A stretch of 64,000 nucleotides of DNA, taken from the NCBI GenBank assembly GCA_019058275.1, contig JAHLVW010000015.1, forward strand, positions 1 through 64,000, given 5' to 3'. The notes under the pieces are model-generated. The model ran no database searches. It was given only the letters and a program-made list of their open reading frames with translations, and was not told the DNA's origin. The stretch's first letter is position 1; each line of letters starts with the position of its first letter. Source of the DNA: Candidatus Heimdallarchaeota archaeon (GTDB lineage Archaea; Asgardarchaeota; Heimdallarchaeia; JABLTI01). Both the position numbers and the translations under genes were made by a program. Positions 57,213-64,000 of the stretch are shown here, piece after piece.

Positions 57213-58472
57213 ATGAGTCAAGAAAGAATCGATAGTGGTACAATCATATTGGATCAAAATGGAGCAGAAATTGGTGTTATTAAGAAGATCTATTCTGAAA
57301 ATTTGGCAAGGTTAGAGCTATTAAATTCAGATTCAATCGCTATAGATACAACACTTATAACTGATATTAGTACCTCTGGCAGAATATTAAAGAAAAAGAG
57401 CGCAACTATCACACCAGAAGCTAAGGATTTCTTTAAAGGAGCAACTGATATATTAAATGACATTTCTTTCAAAAGTATTGAATTGATTATTCATCATTTA
57501 GCAGCAAAAGAAGTAAAAAGAGCGCTTCAACACTTCGAATTTGATTTACTAACTAAAACAGAAATAAATGAAACATTACCCATGTATGAAGCATTAGGAT
57601 TGGTAAGAGGAATTGAGCTTGCAGGAAAAACTGCCCAAGATTTCATAGTAAAAACCACTTTTCAAGCAAGCGATTTGAAACCGGAACTACATAATAAAAT
57701 TGCACCTGAAATTGTTGTAGACAAGTTAAACCAAGAAAAAGCTTTTCTTCGAATATTATGGAATATCACAAGAATTGCTGTCTCCCAAGCATTGAAATTA
57801 AAGAAACCTGAAGTAATAATGGCAAATATTGAAACTATTTTTGAGATAGGTATAAAGCATATTGAGATAGAAGCTAAGACGATTGCACCTTCAGATGACA
57901 TACTTTATTGGCGAAATCGAATAGATGAGTGCATTCTTACTTATGTTGCATTAATGATAAAAACATTAAACCCTTCATTACATGCTGAATTTGTTTCTAG
58001 TGCCAAAGATAAAATGTTTGAAGATTTGTGTAAAATCAAAATCAATGGTAATATAAAGGAGCAAGCATTGAAAGCTATCGAGTCCTTCAATCTAGATAAC
58101 TATGAGAAGCTAAAAACTATTGAAATGATACACTCTGGAATCAAAGGTTTTAATTTGAAAGTAATGTCTGAAAAGAAGGCAATGAAAGAATTAAGTCAAT
58201 TAATTAATGAGTTTATTGCAAGTGAAAAATCTAAAAGCATTATTAATTTACAAAAAGAAATTAACAAATTTACCCAAGAAACTAGAGATGTTTCCAAGGA
58301 TTTTCTCAACATTCTGTTTGAGATAGGTCAATATCTCAAAAAAATAGAGTACGGCGATAGTAAGATTAATGAATTCTATTCTCAACTTTTGGAAAGAATA
58401 CACAAGAGAAAGTACTATGATTTGGTTGATATACTTGATAACTTAAACCAAGTCTACCTCAAAGAAAATTAA
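57213..58472 (+). CDS. hypothetical protein (possible N-terminal PRC-barrel-like domain)
   Basis: GTIILDQNGAEIGVIKKI N-terminus, then a long helical region. Confidence 0.6.
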   Translation: MSQERIDSGTIILDQNGAEIGVIKKIYSENLARLELLNSDSIAIDTTLITDISTSGRILKKKSATITPEAKDFFKGATDILNDISFKSIELIIHHLAAKEVKRALQHFEFDLLTKTEINETLPMYEALGLVRGIELAGKTAQDFIVKTTFQASDLKPELHNKIAPEIVVDKLNQEKAFLRILWNITRIAVSQALKLKKPEVIMANIETIFEIGIKHIEIEAKTIAPSDDILYWRNRIDECILTYVALMIKTLNPSLHAEFVSSAKDKMFEDLCKIKINGNIKEQALKAIESFNLDNYEKLKTIEMIHSGIKGFNLKVMSEKKAMKELSQLINEFIASEKSKSIINLQKEINKFTQETRDVSKDFLNILFEIGQYLKKIEYGDSKINEFYSQLLERIHKRKYYDLVDILDNLNQVYLKEN

Positions 58473-58520
58473 TTGAAGATTAAACTCAAATCTAATCCTC
58501 AATTGAAATTTATTTTTATT

Positions 58521-59426
58521 TCATTCATCTGCATCTTCTAGTTGTCTTCCTCCACTACTTTTTAACCAAATCTTATAACCAAGACCAGTTTTTGTGGTTG
58601 CTAAGCCACCTTCAGATGTTTCTTTAATTTCACATGGTAACATCTGACCTATTTCATCCATTGCTGAAACAACATCATCAAAAGGAATAACGCTTTCTAT
58701 TCCACTTAAAGCCATATCTGCTACAACCATTGCCACAGCAGCAAATAGGCCATTTCTTTTTACGCAAGGAACTTCTACTAATCCTGCTACTGGATCACAT
58801 GCTAAACCTAACGTATTTTTTAATACTAAAGCCGCTGCGTTGATAGCTTCTTTAGCTGTACCTCCAGCAATTTCTACTGCTGCAGCAGCAGCCATTGCAG
58901 CCGAAACACCAATTTCAGCTTGACAACCATGTTCTGAACCACTTGTTGATGCTCGAGCATCACAAACTAGTCCAATTAACGAAGAAGCAAACAGTCCTTT
59001 TATTATCTGTTCTTCAGTAGCTTTACAAATTTCTGCTGTAGTATAAACAACAGCTGGTACCACACCAGAGGATCCAGCTGTAGGTGATGCAACAATAATC
59101 CCCATAGAAGAATTAAATTCTGCAACACCAATTGCTCTAGAAGTTACTTTCAAAATTGATGAACCAGAAAGAGTTTTTCCTTTCTTTTCCTTATCCAAGA
59201 GTTTCTTTGCATTTCCACCACTCATTCCACTAGGTGATTTTTGTGTTATCTTTACTCCTTGTTTTATTGAATTCACCATAACAGCCCATATTCGTTTCAT
59301 TGCTGAAATCACTTTTTCTTCGCTAACCTTTTGAATAGTGACTTCGTGTTCAATCATTATTTCACCCAGGGATTTTCCCTCATTTTCTGCTTGTAGAAGA
59401 AAGGGTTCGATACTATCAACGACCAT
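58521..59426 (-). CDS. sdaAA: L-serine ammonia-lyase, iron-sulfur-dependent, alpha subunit
   Basis: PTAGSSGVVP, GCQAE and LGLACDPVAGLVEVPCVKRN. Confidence 0.95.
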   Translation of the reverse strand: MVVDSIEPFLLQAENEGKSLGEIMIEHEVTIQKVSEEKVISAMKRIWAVMVNSIKQGVKITQKSPSGMSGGNAKKLLDKEKKGKTLSGSSILKVTSRAIGVAEFNSSMGIIVASPTAGSSGVVPAVVYTTAEICKATEEQIIKGLFASSLIGLVCDARASTSGSEHGCQAEIGVSAAMAAAAAVEIAGGTAKEAINAAALVLKNTLGLACDPVAGLVEVPCVKRNGLFAAVAMVVADMALSGIESVIPFDDVVSAMDEIGQMLPCEIKETSEGGLATTKTGLGYKIWLKSSGGRQLEDADE

Positions 59427-60118
59427 TAGAACATTTCCTCTCCTTCAGTAATCTTTGGTAAGATTCTAACCATTTTCATACCTCTAATTTTAGACAGTCT
59501 TTCTTCCAATTCATTTGGTGCTTTTTGTTCTATCTCGATTGTTGTTAATGCTTCTTCATCGTTTGGTATGTCTTTACTTTTTAAAGAAACAATATTTAGA
59601 TTAAACTTGGAAATTATGTTTGTTATTTTTGAAAGAGTTCCTATGAAATCCATGTGTCTTAAAATCAATGTTACCCTTCCACCAGAAATTTCTGTCTTGA
59701 ATCCCATAATTTCTCGTATGACAATATCACCACCACCAACCGATTCAGCTATCAAAGATACAGAATCATTTTTCTCACCTTCAATAACAATTTTAATGCT
59801 GTTAGGATGGTAAGCTCTTCCTAAATTTATCTTTTTAAAACTAACAACCATTTCTGCAGCTTCAGCATGCTTATCAGCTTCTTTTATGCGCTCATCAAAT
59901 GTCTTGTAGCCAAGCAAACCACCTATAACTGCCTTATCGCTACCGTGACCACGCCAGGTGTCAGCAAACGAACCATGGAAATAAACATGCACAATTTTAG
60001 GCTGTTTGCCATACAATAATCGGGCAGTCCGTCCTATTCTTACAGCTCCTGCGGTATGAGAGCTTGATGGACCTGTCATTATTGGTCCTAACAATCTAAA
60101 TGCACTATCTTCTGTCAA
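59426..60118 (-). CDS. sdaAB: L-serine ammonia-lyase, iron-sulfur-dependent, beta subunit (with ACT domain)
   Basis: GPSSSHTAGA, GSFA.T.RGHG, HPN and SVGGG. Confidence 0.95.
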   Translation of the reverse strand: MTEDSAFRLLGPIMTGPSSSHTAGAVRIGRTARLLYGKQPKIVHVYFHGSFADTWRGHGSDKAVIGGLLGYKTFDERIKEADKHAEAAEMVVSFKKINLGRAYHPNSIKIVIEGEKNDSVSLIAESVGGGDIVIREIMGFKTEISGGRVTLILRHMDFIGTLSKITNIISKFNLNIVSLKSKDIPNDEEALTTIEIEQKAPNELEERLSKIRGMKMVRILPKITEGEEMF

Positions 60119-60209
60119 TTGCTTTATCCATCCACTATAAGATAATTTACTACTATTGTTTTAACACAACTGCTATTAAAAAATTGGTGCGTTAATACAA
60201 ATCAAGCTA

Positions 60210-61559
60210 TCATTCTCCACCAGCAATTTGTGTTTCTTTAATTCTAATTGATGGTGATAATGATCCTGATTCGTTTAATAGTTCCTTTGATACAGCATCG
60301 ATGTTTTTCAATAAATCAAAAATATTTGATCCTACCATTGTTTCTTTCAAGGGATGAGAAATTTCTCCTTTTTCAATCATAAATCCTTGATCAATTAAAA
60401 CTGAGATGTTTGGAGAACCAGATGATGGTTCTAAAGAACTATCCTTTAGATAAAGACCTCTCTTTGTTTCAGTAATCATTTCATCGATTGACCAATCACC
60501 AGCAGCGATTTGAATCTGTGTTAAATCAGGATGTGGCTTACTACTTAAACTACCCTTAGATGCATTTCCGGTATTTTTTATCCCTAAAACATTCGCGCAA
60601 TAAGAATTAGAGAAGTAAGCTATCGCAACACCTTTCTCAATTAACATTAGTTCTCTATGAGGAACGCCTTCGTCATCAAAAATGGATGAGCCCACTCCAC
60701 CAACATAAAGAGGATTATCTTTTAGAGTGATTTGCTCAGAAGTTATTTGCTCTCCTAAACGATCCTTAAAGTAAGCTGTTCCAAGAATGACTTCGTAAGC
60801 ATCTAATCCAGCACTTACTATAGAAGATAAAGTATCAAGCGTGCTTCTATTATCAAGAATTATAGGAAGTCTGTCGCTTTTGATTTTTTTAGAACCTAAC
60901 AATGAAACTGCATTTTCGGCTGCAACTTGTCCGATTTTTGAGGGATTAAATTCAGATCCTTTTCTTGTTTTTTGATAATCCCAAGATGTAGCAATATCTC
61001 CATTTCGTTCTGCTTTTACAAAAACTACTCCAGATAATGAACCAAATTTTTGTGTTACTTCAACGCCTAAGCTATTATAAATTGATTCTATAGCAAAGGA
61101 ACGATTAATATTACCACTTACAATTACATCATGTTTTTCTAATGCAGAATCAATAGCTTCAATTGACATTTCTGTAAGTCTATCTGCTGGTAAATCGTAA
61201 ATTCCATCGTCATATAACTCTTTGACTTCAGGATACTTATCAAAAGGTCCGGGAAGTGTTTTGAAAAGATTATCTGGTGGAGATAATTTACTTAGCTTAA
61301 CAGCTTTCACTACTATATCCTTTATTGAATCAGGATCTCCGAGTGAGGTTGTGGCTATTCCCAAACCCTTTTTGGAATAAGCTCTAACTCCTACTCCTGT
61401 CACACATTTACACTCAGCAGCCTTAATGGCATTTTTTTCCAACTGAACAACATCTGAATTTCCTTCTAAAATAAACAATTCAATTTGATCTGCACCTTTT
61501 TTCAAACCAAGATTTATTGCTTTATGGTAGATGTTGCCCATTATTTTATTGTCCTCCAA
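60210..61559 (-). CDS. pmbA: TldE/PmbA family protein
   Basis: GVGVR, FDDEG, TGNA and GFMIEKGEI; no HExxxH. Confidence 0.88.
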   Translation of the reverse strand: MEDNKIMGNIYHKAINLGLKKGADQIELFILEGNSDVVQLEKNAIKAAECKCVTGVGVRAYSKKGLGIATTSLGDPDSIKDIVVKAVKLSKLSPPDNLFKTLPGPFDKYPEVKELYDDGIYDLPADRLTEMSIEAIDSALEKHDVIVSGNINRSFAIESIYNSLGVEVTQKFGSLSGVVFVKAERNGDIATSWDYQKTRKGSEFNPSKIGQVAAENAVSLLGSKKIKSDRLPIILDNRSTLDTLSSIVSAGLDAYEVILGTAYFKDRLGEQITSEQITLKDNPLYVGGVGSSIFDDEGVPHRELMLIEKGVAIAYFSNSYCANVLGIKNTGNASKGSLSSKPHPDLTQIQIAAGDWSIDEMITETKRGLYLKDSSLEPSSGSPNISVLIDQGFMIEKGEISHPLKETMVGSNIFDLLKNIDAVSKELLNESGSLSPSIRIKETQIAGGE

Positions 61560-62946
61560 CTACAATCCGTTTTACTGCCATTGCTGGTCCACCAGCATGT
61601 ACTGGAACCCATTGTGATTGCTTTCCACATGAACCTGGAAAATCAAATTTAACTTCTTTACCGACTGCAACAGTTCTTTGAAGAACTTCGAGACAAAGTC
61701 CACTCATACTAACATTCTGAATAGCTTTATCTAATTCTCCATTCTTAATTAAATAACCACCTTGAGCAGAGAAATAAAATTCACCTTTCGCTGTATCTAC
61801 ATACCCACCATAACTATTTTCTAGGTACACACCATTCTTTATTTCTTCTAGTATTTCCTCAAATGTGTGTTCACCAGCATCAATGTAGGTATTTCCCATT
61901 CTTACAACAGGACGATAATTATAGTTCATTGCTCTTGCTGCACCATTAGGTTCAACACCCATTTTAGAAGCTGTTTCAAGAGAATGAAGATAACCAACTT
62001 GAACACCTTTTTCAACTAATTTTCTTTTCACAGTTTTTGTTCCTTCAGAATCATAACAATAACTACCACGAAGCCCTTTGATAGTAGGATCATCATAGAT
62101 GTTGATTAACTCGCAACCAATTTTCTTGCCCATTTTCCCTTCTAAAATTGAATCTTTGGCAAGAATTGAATCTGCTTCTTCAGCATGACCAAAAGATTCG
62201 TGAACATATACTCCTACTAAAGATGGATCCATAACAATATCCATTTTACCACTTGGTGGTTTTTCAGCTCGTAATAATTCGACAGCTCTTTTAGCCAGCT
62301 GTGTACCATTTTCAGTGACATTTAATTTTTCTATCTCCTCCCATCCATTAGTAGTTCCTTTTGCACAATAGACATTTTGCATGGTGTCCCCTTCTCGAGA
62401 TGTTGCCATGCAAGCTATGTTTAGATTACCATATTCAGTTTCAACTTTAGTTCCTAAGGAATTTGCTATTATTTCCTTTTGCAACCATTCCTTCATGGAT
62501 GCATTAGTTGATACGATTTTTTCTGAATACTCTCGAGTAACTTTCTCGTATTCTTCTACGACTTTATACTTATCATCAATCGAGATATCTTGAGGGGTTA
62601 TTTTGAATTTTGCTTTATATGATCCTTCAACAGAGTAATCGTCTGGCATACTTCCCTTTTCTTTTGTTTTTTTTGCAGTAGCTTTTGCTATCTTAATTGC
62701 TCGATTTAAAGAGACCTTAATCTCATCTAAATTAAAACCTACAATGGAAACGAATCCCCAACCACCATCAATTAATGCTCTTACTCCTGAACCAATTTCC
62801 TTTTCAAAATTAATTTGCTCAGGCCTGCCATTTTGAATAGTTATTAGAGTTCCATAACCTTTTTGTAATCTAATATCAACAAAGTCACCTTGCTTAAGTT
62901 CTGTTGCATCAATTATTTTCTGCAATTTGTCTAACATTGTATTCAC
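61546..62946 (-). CDS. tldD: TldD family metalloprotease
   Basis: HESFGHAEEAD, YDSEG, RMGNT and CGKQSQWVPV..GGP. Confidence 0.92.
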   Translation of the reverse strand: MNTMLDKLQKIIDATELKQGDFVDIRLQKGYGTLITIQNGRPEQINFEKEIGSGVRALIDGGWGFVSIVGFNLDEIKVSLNRAIKIAKATAKKTKEKGSMPDDYSVEGSYKAKFKITPQDISIDDKYKVVEEYEKVTREYSEKIVSTNASMKEWLQKEIIANSLGTKVETEYGNLNIACMATSREGDTMQNVYCAKGTTNGWEEIEKLNVTENGTQLAKRAVELLRAEKPPSGKMDIVMDPSLVGVYVHESFGHAEEADSILAKDSILEGKMGKKIGCELINIYDDPTIKGLRGSYCYDSEGTKTVKRKLVEKGVQVGYLHSLETASKMGVEPNGAARAMNYNYRPVVRMGNTYIDAGEHTFEEILEEIKNGVYLENSYGGYVDTAKGEFYFSAQGGYLIKNGELDKAIQNVSMSGLCLEVLQRTVAVGKEVKFDFPGSCGKQSQWVPVHAGGPAMAVKRIVVGGQ

Positions 62947-63176
62947 TGCTACTACGAAGATTCACGTTTTCACAACGCTAATTGTTGTTTCTGCCATCTA
63001 AAGTTTTTCTATTATGCCGTACTTTTATGACTTTTTTCAGTTCAAGAAAATTTGAACTGGTGATTCAAGTTTTCTTAAAATAAATATTTATATAGTAAAG
63101 TGAACATCTAATTAAACAGACTTAATCGTGAGTTTATGTGAATAACTCGGACAAAAAATTGAAAGTGAAACGAAAA

Positions 63177-64000
63177 ATGAAGAATAGAATATTTAAAATC
63201 TCAACTGCCATGCTTTTCATTACTTTATTTGTAATGAGCAGTTATTCCCTGGCTAATATAAAGGGTTCAATTACTGAAACAGAGCCCCTTATTGCCGATA
63301 GAATATATACAGCTTCTAATTATATAGAGGGAATTAACTTGCATCCTATGAGGAGCAATGCAATTGGGGTTAATATGGAATTAATAGGTGGAAGTGTAAA
63401 TCTGCCATTTGATTTAACTACCTATAATAACTTACTTGGTTTTCAACTTGTAATTTCAAACCAAAGATTATGGCGAGATCATGCTCAAAGAAGATTTTGG
63501 GATGTTTCTGATGGTGCAACTATGCTCTTAGTTTTCAGAGGACTTACACTTGATGATGCAAAAGAAGACGCAAGAGAAATCAAACTTATGATGGAAACAC
63601 TCTATGGGTTATCCTTACATCTTGTTTTTGGAGAATGGGACAATGGTGACAGATTAGCTGTTTTTGTCTTTCAAGGACATGTTTCTGTTGGAGCTTATGA
63701 ATTATTTATTGATGAATTTGTTAGTTATGTACCAAATGCTGGCTTTGGCAAAGGTCTAACCTCTTCAGTTCTTGTCAATTCACCTGTAAAAGCTATGGGT
63801 ATTGGCTTATTACATGAAAGATTCCCAATTCCTGGCATAGGTATCACAACAGAATGGATTCCAATTTTAAGTGCAGCTTGGATTGATCCTGATGGTTTAA
63901 TCAAAGATGGAACACAAGTTGATATGAATCTTACGAACATCATGCCAAGTATTGGTCCTATAGAAGGTGCAGCATATGCAACTGCAAGTGTTGTTACTAT
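63177..64000 (+). CDS. secreted hypothetical protein (partial, runs off window end; absent from ORF track)
   Basis: ATG 63177 gives MKNRIFKISTAMLFITLFVMSSYSLA signal peptide; frame open to the window end. Confidence 0.75.
   Translation, partial: MKNRIFKISTAMLFITLFVMSSYSLANIKGSITETEPLIADRIYTASNYIEGINLHPMRSNAIGVNMELIGGSVNLPFDLTTYNNLLGFQLVISNQRLWRDHAQRRFWDVSDGATMLLVFRGLTLDDAKEDAREIKLMMETLYGLSLHLVFGEWDNGDRLAVFVFQGHVSVGAYELFIDEFVSYVPNAGFGKGLTSSVLVNSPVKAMGIGLLHERFPIPGIGITTEWIPILSAAWIDPDGLIKDGTQVDMNLTNIMPSIGPIEGAAYATASVVT

Noticed and set aside
1-64000. Many 60-113 aa ORFs overlapping larger genes (e.g. 582-833, 23701-24033, 37353-37667, 38346-38687, 63725-63943)
   Set aside because: Antisense or off-frame shadows of well-supported genes, with no motifs
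1-64000. CRISPR arrays, IS/transposases, integrases, tRNA/rRNA genes
   Set aside because: No regularly spaced repeats, transposase motifs or GC-rich structural RNA islands seen in intergenic regions

Overview
AT-rich, gene-dense archaeal chromosome segment, most likely from an Asgard archaeon (Heimdallarchaeia-like; inferred from gene content). It carries archaeal housekeeping genes: ATP-dependent DNA ligase, Rpo5, Pus10, ThiL, TpiA, uS19, uS2, aIF5B, Ndk, Topo VI A/B, AsnRS, AlaX, GlnA, RIO kinase and TldD/PmbA. It also has many proteins that look eukaryote-like by eye. These include an Ena/VASP- or WASP-like protein (polyPro, KLKK, LARRR) directly downstream of a possible CENP-N/Chl4-like protein, an IFT52-like GIFT protein, a two-domain RPB5-type Rpo5, a longin-wHTH-tandem DENN protein, a presenilin-like protease and a SWS1/ZSWIM7-like protein. 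Other notable items are an atypical SMC/Rad50-like ATPase with a PIP-box, a Top6B with a ~600-aa HhH-repeat tail and a Thermoplasma-type mevalonate kinase pair. The ORF track missed or truncated four genes: a 59-aa ferredoxin, a CTG-initiated frameshifted Ig-repeat surface protein, an amber-interrupted radical SAM gene and a partial secreted protein at the window end. I saw no rRNA, tRNA, CRISPR array or mobile element. All family assignments come from by-eye motif recognition and recalled sequences; no searches were run.
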